Shown here: one piece after another, positions 54,058 through 62,582 of the stretch
How positions within the stretch are numbered: position 1 is the stretch's first letter
Layout: the number at the start of each line of letters is the position of its first letter
NCBI GenBank assembly: GCA_021787205.1
Contig: JAJYME010000007.1
Span: 74,334-138,333, forward strand
Length of the DNA: 64,000 nt
Direction of reading: 5' to 3'
Source: a bacterium
GTDB lineage: Bacteria; Patescibacteriota; Minisyncoccia; UBA6257; Colwellbacteraceae
Program-made: the position numbers and the translations under genes
The notes under the pieces: generated by a model
The model's input: the letters and a program-made list of their open reading frames with translations, nothing else
Told to the model about the DNA's origin: nothing
The model's database searches: none

Positions 54058-54141
54058 TGCGCAAGAGAGGACTCGAACCTCCAAGCCCTTGCGGGCGCTA
54101 CCACCTCAAGGTAGTGCGTCTACCAATTTCGCCACCTGCGC
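54058..54141 (-). tRNA. tRNA-Leu (GAG), long variable arm
   Basis: Reverse complement GCGCAGG-TG-GCGAAATTGGTAGACGC-A-CTACC-TTGAGGT-GGTAG-CGCCCGCAAGGGCT-TGGAG-GTTCGAGT-CCTCT-CTTGCGC-A. Confidence 0.8.
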
Positions 54142-54195
54142 GTGATATGAATACATCTTACGACAATTCCGCCAAATTATCAAGTTTATATTACG

Positions 54196-54216
54196 CAATA
54201 TCCCGCCCTTCGGCGG
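54196..54216. repeat. ATCCCGCC-TTCG-GCGGGAT hairpin between rplS and tRNA-Leu (family member)
   Basis: Perfect 8-bp stem with a 4-nt loop; same stem sequence as the 39148 hairpin. Confidence 0.45.
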
Positions 54217-54237
54217 GATATGCGAATATATATTTCT

Positions 54238-54564
54238 TTAATAAGAGAGGCCGAGCTTCTCTTTGATCTTCTTAACCGGCAATTCTCTAACATAGTAGAG
54301 CTTGGATCGGCTAATTTTCTTAGGAGAAGAAACTATTTCAATCTTCGCGATAAGCGGAGAATGGACAGGATAAATCTTTTCCAATCCATATTCGCCTAAT
54401 TTTCCGCGAACGGTAATAGTCGCGCCATTCTCATTACCGCGCTTGTGGGCGATAATGATTCCGGAGAAGACGCTGATACGCTCTTTGTCTCCTTCCTTGA
54501 TGCGCTCATGAACCTTAATCTTGGCTCCCGGCTTCAAATTTTTCAGGATTTCCTGGTCAATCAC
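54238..54564 (-). CDS. rplS: 50S ribosomal protein L19
   Basis: 108 aa; ...ERISVFSGIIIAHKRGNENGATITVRG.... Confidence 0.95.
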   Translation of the reverse strand: MIDQEILKNLKPGAKIKVHERIKEGDKERISVFSGIIIAHKRGNENGATITVRGKLGEYGLEKIYPVHSPLIAKIEIVSSPKKISRSKLYYVRELPVKKIKEKLGLSY

Positions 54565-54574
54565 GTTATCTATA

Positions 54575-55297
54575 TTAGATTATTTTAAGGGTTTCCGTCA
54601 AGTCTTCCGGCAAATCCGCCATTATTTTGACCTTTTTCCCCTTCCGGTCGATAAAAGACAGCTGGTGACAGTGGAGAAACTGACGATTAAGCTTAAGCTC
54701 GGTCTTTTTCTCCTTCTTGCCGCCATAAAGCTTATCTCCGACAATCGGATGCCCGATTGAGGCTAAATGGACCCTGATCTGGTGAGTGCGCCCGGTTTTC
54801 GGGCTTACTTCCAGCAAGGTGAACTCTTGATACCTCTTTTTGACCTTATATCCAGTCTGAGCATCTTTCACCATCTTGCCGCCATGGATGGTCCTTTTGG
54901 TGGTGCCGCTTATAAGCCCGATAGGCTTATCAATCACCCCCTCGTCATTCTTGACCTCGCCAAAGACGAGAGCGAGATAAGTCTTATGCATCTCCGCCTG
55001 CTGGAAAAGAGATTTGAGATAATCAAAAGATTCCTGGCTTCGGGCCACAAGCATAGCGCCAGAGGTCTCTTTATCAAGCCTATGGACAATGCCCGGACGG
55101 AATTCGGGATCGTCGCCGACCGTTTTCGTTTCTGGATAGTTCTTAACAATCCAATCAGTCAGATATACTTCGCCCTCCTTGTCGCCCTCCTCCCTTTTGG
55201 CCTTAGCTTCCTCCAAATGCTTGATGCGATGGACGGTGACGCCATAGGGTTTGTTAATGGCGATATAATCCTTGTCTTCTTTAATAACTTCTATCAT
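54575..55297 (-). CDS. RluA-family pseudouridine synthase (second copy)
   Basis: HRLDKETSGAMLVA catalytic motif; 240 aa without an S4 domain. Confidence 0.85.
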   Translation of the reverse strand: MIEVIKEDKDYIAINKPYGVTVHRIKHLEEAKAKREEGDKEGEVYLTDWIVKNYPETKTVGDDPEFRPGIVHRLDKETSGAMLVARSQESFDYLKSLFQQAEMHKTYLALVFGEVKNDEGVIDKPIGLISGTTKRTIHGGKMVKDAQTGYKVKKRYQEFTLLEVSPKTGRTHQIRVHLASIGHPIVGDKLYGGKKEKKTELKLNRQFLHCHQLSFIDRKGKKVKIMADLPEDLTETLKII

Positions 55298-56121
55298 TAG
55301 TCTAGAAAAATCTTATTTGCTTTTATTTTCGAACCAAAGAATCCGCTCCCAAGACTCTCAAACTTCTCTGTTAGATCGGTAGTATAGAATTCAGTCACGC
55401 CATTACGGCTCAGCCTTGAATCAATTTCACCGTCCCTGCTTAAATAATCAATCAACTTCTTGGGAACAACCTTTTCACTGGAGATGATTTCGATCTCATC
55501 ACCAACCAGGCCTCTTATCTTGTCTTCCAAAATCCCGTAATGAGTGCACCCTAAGATTAGCGTGTCTATCCCCTCCTCGATTAAGGGATCAAGGTATTTT
55601 TTAAGAAGAAAGTCGGCGGCCGGAGAGTCGTGTTCGCCCTCCTCGATCAGGGGAACTAAGAGCGGGCAGGCATTCTGATATATCTCCGCCTGGGGAAAAA
55701 TCTTCTTGATTTCCCTAATGAACGCCCCAGACTTGACCGTACCTTCAGTAGCGATGACGCCAATCTTTCCATTCTTCGATCTTTCAACTGCTTCTTCCGC
55801 TCCCGGGATCAGGACGCCAAGCACCTTCTTCTTGGGATAGAGTTCGGGCAAATATTCCTGCTGGATTTTGCGAAGAGCCTCGGAAGAGGCCGTATTGCAA
55901 GCAAAGACGACGAGCTCGCAGTCATTCCTAAATAGAAAATCAGTCGCTTGTTTGGAGAACTCATAGATGACATCTTGCGAGCGGGCGCCATAAGGAGCCC
56001 GGGCGGTATCGCCGAGATAAACGAAATCATATTCCGGCATTTCTCTCACTATCCCTCGGAGAACATTTATCCCCCCGAAGCCAGAGTCAAAAACGCCGAT
56101 ACTTTTTTTGTCCTTGTTCAT
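55297..56121 (-). CDS. murI: glutamate racemase
   Basis: IGVFDSGFGG and CNTAS motifs. Start at the internal Met MNKDKKSIGVF (56121) rather than the track start 56163. Confidence 0.9.
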   Translation of the reverse strand: MNKDKKSIGVFDSGFGGINVLRGIVREMPEYDFVYLGDTARAPYGARSQDVIYEFSKQATDFLFRNDCELVVFACNTASSEALRKIQQEYLPELYPKKKVLGVLIPGAEEAVERSKNGKIGVIATEGTVKSGAFIREIKKIFPQAEIYQNACPLLVPLIEEGEHDSPAADFLLKKYLDPLIEEGIDTLILGCTHYGILEDKIRGLVGDEIEIISSEKVVPKKLIDYLSRDGEIDSRLSRNGVTEFYTTDLTEKFESLGSGFFGSKIKANKIFLD

Positions 56122-56188
56122 ATTATGTCCAATTCCCTTTGTATTCATATTACAACAATCCAAAACAAAAGACAGTAATGACTAGCCT

Positions 56189-56219
56189 AACAAAAGGCCG
56201 CAACAATCACGTTGCGGCC
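56189..56219 (-). terminator. hairpin terminator immediately upstream of murI, closing a GC-rich minus-strand region
   Basis: GGCCGCAAC-AATCAC-GTTGCGGCC stem followed by TTTTGTT on the minus strand. Confidence 0.5.
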
Positions 56220-56220
56220 A

Positions 56221-56570
56221 GGGAGATCATCCAACCTTCTTTCTCGATCTCGGCTCAGCCACTCCGGAGAGGACCCGGTTCGTGTAACGCCGTCCGCGCC
56301 CGCAGGTGACCTCAACGCTCCCGACCGCCCTTACAGCACGAACGGACTGATCGAAACCACACAGGAGCGGCCAACGGCAACAGCTCAGAACGCAAAGCGC
56401 CTTCCGGGGAGTCATCCTCCTAGCGAAACGGACCCAGTCCATAAAACCGAACTTCTTCATAAACCCCCACTCCTCTCTTTGGGTCAAGCCGAAAATTAAT
56501 AAAAATTTCTGATTCCAGTCTAGCATGACGGGATAAAAATACAAAATCCCGCCCTTTCGGATAGGATTTT
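56221..56570. ncRNA. GC-rich ~330-nt putative structured RNA of unresolved identity and strand; RNase P RNA is a candidate
   Basis: Sharp local GC excess in an AT-rich genome, and the only ORFs are compositionally implausible. The plus strand shows RNase-P-like motifs in the right order (GTAACGCC; GCAACAG..GCAAAGCGCC; TAAACCCCCAC; CAAGCCGAAAAT; CTAGCATGAC; ACAAAATCCCGCC). The minus strand shows GGAGGATGACTCCCCGG (cf. GGAGGAAAGTCCGGG), a possible P4 pairing with a bulged U, and a 3' terminator. Neither reading is complete. Confidence 0.3.
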
Positions 56571-56571
56571 T

Positions 56572-56710
56572 GCGGGTGATACCGGACATCAAACAAATTT
56601 CTCTTAAACAAGAAATTTCATAAAACCTCTCGGTTTTATGGGAATCCTATGCGGGGAAAACCACCAGACATTTCTCCCAGACCCCTTTTCGGTTCGAGTC
56701 CTCATCGCCA
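56572..56710 (+). repeat. tRNA-associated element copy L2: degenerate direct copy of the tRNA-Val 3' end, a core with the identical 9-bp hairpin, and an inverted copy of the tRNA-Val T-arm/acceptor end
   Basis: Core hairpin CATAAAACCTCTCGGTTTTATG at 56619-56640, identical to L1. The core aligns with L1 throughout (..GRAAATCCTAT.CGG.GAAAACC.CC......TT.TCCC..ACCCC.TTTCGGTTC). Right flank CGGTTCGAGTCCTCATCGCCA shares GGTTCGAGTCC and ATCGCC exactly with the tRNA-Val 3' end. Left flank GCGGGTGATACCGGACATCAAAC matches the antisense tRNA-Val end at 16 of 21 positions. Confidence 0.5.
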
Positions 56711-56715
56711 TAAAT

Positions 56716-56746
56716 AAAACCCCTCTTGCGAGGGGCTTTATTTTTT
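56716..56746. terminator. bidirectional intrinsic terminator between the L2 element (+) and tRNA-Val (-)
   Basis: AAAACCCCTC-TTGCGA-GGGGC stem followed by TTTATTTTTT. Confidence 0.65.
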
Positions 56747-56747
56747 G

Positions 56748-56821
56748 TGGGCGATACTGGACTCGAACCAGTGACCTTTACAATGTCAATGTAACGCTCT
56801 AACCAGCTGAGCTAACCGCCC
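56748..56821 (-). tRNA. tRNA-Val (GAC)
   Basis: Reverse complement GGGCGGT-TA-GCTCAGCTGGTTAGAGC-G-TTACA-TTGACAT-TGTAA-AGGTC-ACTGG-TTCGAGT-CCAGT-ATCGCCC-A. Confidence 0.8.
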
Positions 56822-56859
56822 TCAATTGTCTTTATAAATTCCGCGGAGCGAAATTTATG

Positions 56860-56931
56860 TGGGCGTACTTGGAATCGGACCAAGGACCTCTGTCTTATCA
56901 GGACAGCGTTCTACCACTGAACTATGCGCCC
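56860..56931 (-). tRNA. tRNA-Ile (GAT)
   Basis: Reverse complement GGGCGCA-TA-GTTCAGTGGTAGAAC-G-CTGTC-CTGATAA-GACAG-AGGTC-CTTGG-TCCGATT-CCAAG-TACGCCC-A. Confidence 0.8.
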
Positions 56932-56946
56932 TCAAAATGTATTAAC

Positions 56947-56975
56947 AATATAATACATTCCGCAGGTTTAATCAA
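56947..56975 (-). promoter_or_regulatory. candidate promoter for the tRNA-Ile/tRNA-Val operon
   Basis: Minus strand TTGATT, 17-nt spacer, TATATT, about 15 nt upstream of tRNA-Ile. Confidence 0.4.
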
Positions 56976-56990
56976 CCCCCCATCTATATT

Positions 56991-57290
56991 TTAAATAGCT
57001 GATTTTACAGGGGACGACCCCGATCCGGCTGGTTGGGCCTCCTTGGTTTCCGGCAGCGCCTCGGCGGGAACCGGAGCGGTCGTTGGCTTTGCGCCACCAA
57101 TGCTCAATTCAGCCGCCTGGCTGAGATTGAACTTATCACTGGTCGCAGTCACCTCAGGGATATTAGTCACCTCACCAACTTCCCTTACAAGCCAGACGAG
57201 AGAACCTATCAGAATGCCGGTAAACAAGACTATGACCAAGATACTAATGGCAATTATTCTTTTATCGTTTTCCGATTTCTTATTCTTCAT
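56991..57290 (-). CDS. small bitopic membrane protein, hypothetical (possible pilus-assembly accessory)
   Basis: 99 aa with one TM helix (IIAISILVIVLFTGILIGSLVWLV) and a Pro/Ala-rich tail; lies next to the PilO-like gene. Confidence 0.4.
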   Translation of the reverse strand: MKNKKSENDKRIIAISILVIVLFTGILIGSLVWLVREVGEVTNIPEVTATSDKFNLSQAAELSIGGAKPTTAPVPAEALPETKEAQPAGSGSSPVKSAI

Positions 57291-57305
57291 TTTTTTGACG
57301 TCAAA

Positions 57306-57818
57306 TTATTTATAAAAAACCTTTCCGGTAATCTTAGCCTGATAGGAAACGCCGCTCTGAGTGTTTATTTCAAAGTTCCCAAACTTGATAAAATAACGGC
57401 TGTTCTCGAGATCCTTAAGAAAGGCAATGATCTTATTATAATCACCGTATATTTCCAAAGAAAAGTTAGCCCTGCCGACTCCCCCTCCTTCCTCCTCGCC
57501 GATAAACTTGATGTCGGCGGCAACGCCGTCGGTAGAAGCGATTTGTTTCACCTCCCCTTGGAAGGTGAAGAGCTGGTTTTTCCCAGGCAGAGCATTCTTA
57601 AGAGGGCTGATATAATTGTCCGCCTTCTTCTCCTCCTGCAGCAACTCGCTGAGATTGTTTTTTATCTTAAGGTTCTCCGCTCGCGTCGTTTTGGCGAGAG
57701 TAATCGAATTCTCCGTCGTCTCAATATCGCGAGCCACAAAAATCACCAATATCGCCAAAGCTGAAACCAAACCAAGACTTATTCCTAATTCTTTTATGAG
57801 AGCTTTTTTGAAATCCAT
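57306..57818 (-). CDS. PilO/PilN-like type IV pilus assembly protein (TM + coiled-coil + ferredoxin-like domain)
   Basis: TM LGISLGLVSALAILVIFV, then a coiled coil, then a C-terminal beta-rich domain; divergent from dprA. Confidence 0.45.
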   Translation of the reverse strand: MDFKKALIKELGISLGLVSALAILVIFVARDIETTENSITLAKTTRAENLKIKNNLSELLQEEKKADNYISPLKNALPGKNQLFTFQGEVKQIASTDGVAADIKFIGEEEGGGVGRANFSLEIYGDYNKIIAFLKDLENSRYFIKFGNFEINTQSGVSYQAKITGKVFYK

Positions 57819-57852
57819 ATGATTTATTATCGTTTGTAATATAATAACATAT

Positions 57853-58689
57853 ATGCCAATTATTCCAAAATATCTGGAAGAGGCTCTACCGAAGCTTAAG
57901 GATCTTTATATAAGAGGAAAGGAGTTAGAAAAAAACTTTTCCGGAGTCGCTATCGTCGGGACCAGACGCGCAAGCGCCATAGGCGCAGACATCGCCGAAA
58001 AGACGGCTTACGAGCTCGCGAGATATGGAATACCTATAATAAGCGGGTTGGCCGTTGGAATCGACTCAGCGGCCCATAGAGGCGCCCTGAAGGCAGGAGG
58101 AAATACTGTCGCCGTCTTGGGCTGCGGAACGGACATCGTCTACCCCCTTCAAAACAAACCTTTATATGAAGAGATCCTGGGAAAAGGCGGCTCGATCGTT
58201 TCCCAATATCCGGATGGCGAAGTCCCCGGAAGATACACTTTCCTTGAAAGAAACAAGATAATTGCCGGTCTTTCAGTTGCGGTCATAATAATCGAGGCGC
58301 CCCTGCGATCGGGGTCAATCAACACCGCAAACCACGCTATCGATTTTGGAAGAGAAGTCTTGGTTTTTCCCGGTCCTTACAATCATTCGAATTACGGCGG
58401 CAGCCATAAGCTGATCAGAGACGGAGCAAGGCTCGTGAGTTCGGTTGACGACGTTTTAGAAGACTTGAATCTTAATACCTTGTTTCCAAAAACGGCCTCA
58501 AAAACATCCTTTGGAAGCAAAGAAGAGGAAAAGATATTCGAAGCGATAAAAGATAATGGCGAACCGATGACAGTTGACAAAATAATTTCCGCAACTAAAC
58601 TTGAAACGCAGAAGGTGCTGATAAATTTGGCGAAAATGACTGTTTGCGGAATAATTATAGAGACAGGCGGCAGATACGCAATCAAATAA
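57853..58689 (+). CDS. dprA: DNA-processing protein A (DprA/Smf), Rossmann core + C-terminal winged helix
   Basis: GLAVGIDSAAHRGALKAGGNTVAVLGCGTDIVYP and the downstream DprA motifs; 278 aa. Confidence 0.9.
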   Translation: MPIIPKYLEEALPKLKDLYIRGKELEKNFSGVAIVGTRRASAIGADIAEKTAYELARYGIPIISGLAVGIDSAAHRGALKAGGNTVAVLGCGTDIVYPLQNKPLYEEILGKGGSIVSQYPDGEVPGRYTFLERNKIIAGLSVAVIIIEAPLRSGSINTANHAIDFGREVLVFPGPYNHSNYGGSHKLIRDGARLVSSVDDVLEDLNLNTLFPKTASKTSFGSKEEEKIFEAIKDNGEPMTVDKIISATKLETQKVLINLAKMTVCGIIIETGGRYAIK

Positions 58690-58694
58690 ACGAC

Positions 58695-60827
58695 ATGCCC
58701 ACAAAAAAGACAACGACAAAAAAGACAACCGCCGCCAAGGGCTCCGGCGCGGCTAAAACAAAAAAGACTGTGAAGAAGACAACCTCGAAAAGGAAGGTCT
58801 CGACGAAGACGGAATATGACGCAAACGGGAAGACTTTGATCATAGTCGAATCCCCCACAAAAGCCAGAACCATATCCGGTTTTTTAGACAACACCTACAA
58901 AATAGAATCGTCCTTCGGACATATAAGAGATTTGCCCAAATCAAAATTAGGAATAGACGAGGAAACATTCGAGCCAAGCTATGTAATCCCGACTAAATCG
59001 AGAAAGAGAGTCAATGAACTTAAAAAGCTCGCTTCGGAGGCAAAAGAGACGATTCTCGCGACAGATGAAGACCGTGAAGGAGAAGCCATCGCCTGGCACC
59101 TTAAGGAGATATTAGGGATCAGTGACGCTGATGAAAAAAGGATCGCTTTCCACGAAATCACCAAACCGGCAATCGAAGAGGCGCTGCAACATCCAAGAAA
59201 AATAGAGAACTCGCTAGTCGACGCCCAAACCGCCAGAAGAATCTTAGACAGGTTGGTCGGCTACAAGCTCTCCCCCTTCCTATGGAGAAAGGTAATGAAG
59301 GGCTTATCTGCCGGAAGGGTCCAATCAGCCGCAGTCCGATTGATAGTCGAGCGCGAAGAAGAGATAAGGAAGTTCCTGCCGGAAACTTACTACACCGTTT
59401 CCGCCGACCTTAAGACCGAAGACGGCAAGCAGGATTTCGAAGCCGATCTTTCAAAAATAAACGGTAAGGCCCTGCCTAAGCCGGGAATAAAAACCAAAGA
59501 GGAAGCGGAGAAGATAACTGCCGATTTGAGAGTCGCCGATCTTTCTACGACTGACACCGAAACTAAAGAATCGCGACGCAACCCCTACCCCCCGTTTACG
59601 ACGAGCACTTTGCAACAAGAAGCTTCGAGACGACTGAGGTTATCGGCGAAGATGACGATGAATATTGCCCAGGGTTTGTATGAGAAGGGCTATATCACCT
59701 ATATGAGAACCGACTCAGTCAATCTCTCCAACGAGTCACTGGCGGCGGCGGAGGCTTGGATAAAACAGAACCTTGGCGAAAAATATGCTACCGAGACTTT
59801 CAGGAGGTTTAAGACAAAATCGAAATCAGCCCAGGAAGCCCACGAGGCCATCCGCCCGACCAATCCTTCAAGAGGGGCGGACAGTCTCCATTTGGAAGAA
59901 AGGGACAAGAAGCTCTATGACTTGATATGGAGAAGGTTCATGGCCTCCCAACTGCCACAAGCGGTTTTTGAGCAAAACAGGGCCGTAATTGAAGCAAAGA
60001 CGGGCAAGGAGAATTACGAACTGATTGCTTCCGGAAGCAAGTTGAAATTCGACGGGTTCCTCAAAGTTTGGCCGACGGAATTCGAGGAAAAAACGCTGCC
60101 TTATATTGAAAAAGGATCCCATCCGATATTAATCAAAGCGGCTTTTGAAGAGCACCAGACCGAACCGCCAGCGAGATATAACGAAGCCTCGCTTATCAAG
60201 ACCTTGGAAGATGAGGGAATCGGCAGGCCGTCAACTTACGCCTCGATTGTCTCCGTCATCCAGGAAAGGAATTACGTGGAAAAGAATGAGGCCAAGAGGT
60301 TCGTGCCGACCCAGACCGGAGAATTGGTAAACAAATTGTTGGTTGAAAACTTCCCCGAAGTGGTTGATGTCAAATTTACCGCCTCGATGGAAGAGGAATT
60401 CGATGATATTGCCGAAGGAAAGATCGATTGGAAAACGACCATTGGAAAGTTCTATACTCCGTTCTCCAAGAATCTGGCAGAGAAATACGAAACCGTCGAA
60501 AAACAAAATACCGACGAGCCCTCAGATGAGATCTGTGAGAAATGCGGTAAGCCGATGGTCATAAAAACCGGAAGATTCGGAAAGTTCTTAGCCTGCACCG
60601 GTTACCCGGAATGCAAGAACACCAAGAAAATCTTAAAGGAGGACCTGATCGTAAAGATAAATAACGAACCGGTCATCTGCCCGAAATGCAGGATTGGAAA
60701 TATCATAAAGCGCCGATCGAAAGCGAGAAGGATCTTCTTCGGCTGCTCCAACTATCCCAACTGCGATTACGCCACCTGGGACGACCCGTCAAAACCAAAG
60801 AAAGAAACAAAAAAACAAGACGAATAA
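58695..60827 (+). CDS. topA: DNA topoisomerase I with a K/T-rich N-terminal tail and C-terminal Zn ribbons
   Basis: TOPRIM motif LIIVESPTKARTISGF, DxD motif at ATDEDREGEAIAWH, active-site Tyr context, and C4 fingers (CEKCGKP, CTGYPEC, CPKCRIG, CSNYPNCDY). Start placed at 58695, just after the dprA stop. Confidence 0.95.
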   Translation: MPTKKTTTKKTTAAKGSGAAKTKKTVKKTTSKRKVSTKTEYDANGKTLIIVESPTKARTISGFLDNTYKIESSFGHIRDLPKSKLGIDEETFEPSYVIPTKSRKRVNELKKLASEAKETILATDEDREGEAIAWHLKEILGISDADEKRIAFHEITKPAIEEALQHPRKIENSLVDAQTARRILDRLVGYKLSPFLWRKVMKGLSAGRVQSAAVRLIVEREEEIRKFLPETYYTVSADLKTEDGKQDFEADLSKINGKALPKPGIKTKEEAEKITADLRVADLSTTDTETKESRRNPYPPFTTSTLQQEASRRLRLSAKMTMNIAQGLYEKGYITYMRTDSVNLSNESLAAAEAWIKQNLGEKYATETFRRFKTKSKSAQEAHEAIRPTNPSRGADSLHLEERDKKLYDLIWRRFMASQLPQAVFEQNRAVIEAKTGKENYELIASGSKLKFDGFLKVWPTEFEEKTLPYIEKGSHPILIKAAFEEHQTEPPARYNEASLIKTLEDEGIGRPSTYASIVSVIQERNYVEKNEAKRFVPTQTGELVNKLLVENFPEVVDVKFTASMEEEFDDIAEGKIDWKTTIGKFYTPFSKNLAEKYETVEKQNTDEPSDEICEKCGKPMVIKTGRFGKFLACTGYPECKNTKKILKEDLIVKINNEPVICPKCRIGNIIKRRSKARRIFFGCSNYPNCDYATWDDPSKPKKETKKQDE

Positions 60828-60844
60828 AATCGTCTTGTTTTTTA

Positions 60845-62440
60845 TTACATCGGATTCCTGACGCGGCAACAAAGCATCGAACCGGAGGCGAGAGCCGTCC
60901 CTGACCAAGTATAGTAACCGGCGGGGCAAGAGGTCGTAGTTCCGCTGCTATAAGAAACCAGGACGCAGGTGTTATTGTAAGAAACTAGCGGTCCGTGGAT
61001 ATCCAGGAAACCGAAGTTCGAGGTCGTGCTCTGAGTAATGCTCCAGGAGGCGGAGGAATAATCAGTGGTCGTTCTCGTAATCCAGGCATCCACCGACAAG
61101 CGGTAATAATAAGCGCTGTTTCCAATATCACCGAAGGCAATGGCAACGTTGCCGGCGGAATTGATTCCGACATATTTGCTCCAGGAATCAGTGCCTTCGT
61201 CTTGCAGCTTGTAATTGACGACCGCTCCGGTCGCCCCATCGATGCTGCCGGTGCTTCCAGAATAAGGATAACCGACGACAGTAAAATCAACCGAATCCGG
61301 GGTGCCATAGGCATAACCGTGAACCCTGATCCTGAACATCAAGTTTGAGCTTCTCGGAATCGGAGTGTTGATGATCCAGGCGCCGGAAACAGTCCCGTCT
61401 TGAGCCGAGGAAACGACCTCGGGATAAAAGCGTTCGGTGGTATTTCCCCCAACGCTTGTCTTTTGCAACCTCGTCGTGCCGTTGACATCAAGGGTAGTCG
61501 CAGGAGCGCTCGTTCCAATGCCGACCCTGCCATTCTGATCGATTCTCAACCTCTCGTAATTGCCAGCGCTGGCATTCGGAGTCGAATAGAAAGCCAAAGC
61601 CGATCCGTGAGCAGTCGAGGTCCAATTTTCCGTTGCAAAAGCCTGGAGGCCGGTAGACATTCCCGCCATACCTGTTCCGTCATGACCGCTAATACTCAAG
61701 CCTCCGATCGAAGTGCCAGAGGTGACGGCGGTTGGTGACGCTTGAGTTCCTAAAGCGGTCCTGAACCTGATCCAGTTACCGGAGGAACCAAACTCATCCA
61801 TCTCTATTGACGAATTAGCCGAATCAAAAATATGGATCTTAGCCAAAGGGGCCGAGGAGCTGCCAAAGCCGACATTGGTGGGGAAAGCGTAGTTCCCGCC
61901 GCCAGTATTAGCGCCGAAATTGCCCGATGAGACATTGCCGGCAGAAATGGTTCCCGACAAGGGGCCGACGAAGGCGGTCGCCGTAACTGTTCCGTTCACG
62001 TCCAAAGCCGTGCCGGGGTTTGCTTTACCGATACCAATATTACCGGAGGTATCGATAACCAGCCTGTCCGCCGAGGCGGTATTATCCCTGATTTTGAAAT
62101 ACCCGATTGAAGGAGAACCGGAAAAGATTCCCCACTCCCTGCCGCCGACGGCAGTATCGGTCAAGAGATAGACAGGGATAAGACCGGAGGTCTTTGTCGT
62201 CCTCTTGGCGTTAGTAAGACCGCTATCGGGATTAGTGGCGCCAATGCCGACATTACCGTTTGATTTAAGATATAAAGAGTTAGCCGGAGTCGAGGCTTCG
62301 ATATAAATCGAGCCAGTTCCCCCAGTCGGATTGACCGAAGGATCGGAATAAGCCGCAGCCTGATTAAACAGGGATAAAAATAGCGCCGATAAGAATATCG
62401 GCAACAAAAGGGGCGTCCTGTTTTCAAAGATATTTTTCAT
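60845..62440 (-). CDS. secreted protein with tail-fibre-type G.IGIGT..P...LDVNG repeats and a Cys-containing C-terminal domain, hypothetical
   Basis: Signal peptide LLLPIFLSALFLSLFNQAAA. Repeats SGNVGIGATNPDSGL / SGNIGIGKANPGTALDVNGTV / NGRVGIGTSAPATTLDVNGTT. C-terminal region with 5 Cys. Confidence 0.6.
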   Translation of the reverse strand: MKNIFENRTPLLLPIFLSALFLSLFNQAAAYSDPSVNPTGGTGSIYIEASTPANSLYLKSNGNVGIGATNPDSGLTNAKRTTKTSGLIPVYLLTDTAVGGREWGIFSGSPSIGYFKIRDNTASADRLVIDTSGNIGIGKANPGTALDVNGTVTATAFVGPLSGTISAGNVSSGNFGANTGGGNYAFPTNVGFGSSSAPLAKIHIFDSANSSIEMDEFGSSGNWIRFRTALGTQASPTAVTSGTSIGGLSISGHDGTGMAGMSTGLQAFATENWTSTAHGSALAFYSTPNASAGNYERLRIDQNGRVGIGTSAPATTLDVNGTTRLQKTSVGGNTTERFYPEVVSSAQDGTVSGAWIINTPIPRSSNLMFRIRVHGYAYGTPDSVDFTVVGYPYSGSTGSIDGATGAVVNYKLQDEGTDSWSKYVGINSAGNVAIAFGDIGNSAYYYRLSVDAWITRTTTDYSSASWSITQSTTSNFGFLDIHGPLVSYNNTCVLVSYSSGTTTSCPAGYYTWSGTALASGSMLCCRVRNPM

Positions 62441-62582
62441 ATGATCTCCCTTTTGGATCTATGTCATAATTCTAACACGGAAAGATAAAATAACTAAGCA
62501 GAAGTTATACACAGCAGAGACTGATGCCGAAAAAATGTCTCTTTGTAAAAAAGCCAGTATTGTGATAAGCTGTCAAATACAC

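Noticed and set aside
56212-56592. ORFs 56212..56499 (+, 95 aa) and 56227..56592 (-, 121 aa) in the GC-rich block
   Set aside because: Arg/Pro/Cys/Trp-rich compositions unlike any other protein in the window. Reading frames are open on both strands because of GC richness. The block is better explained as structured RNA.
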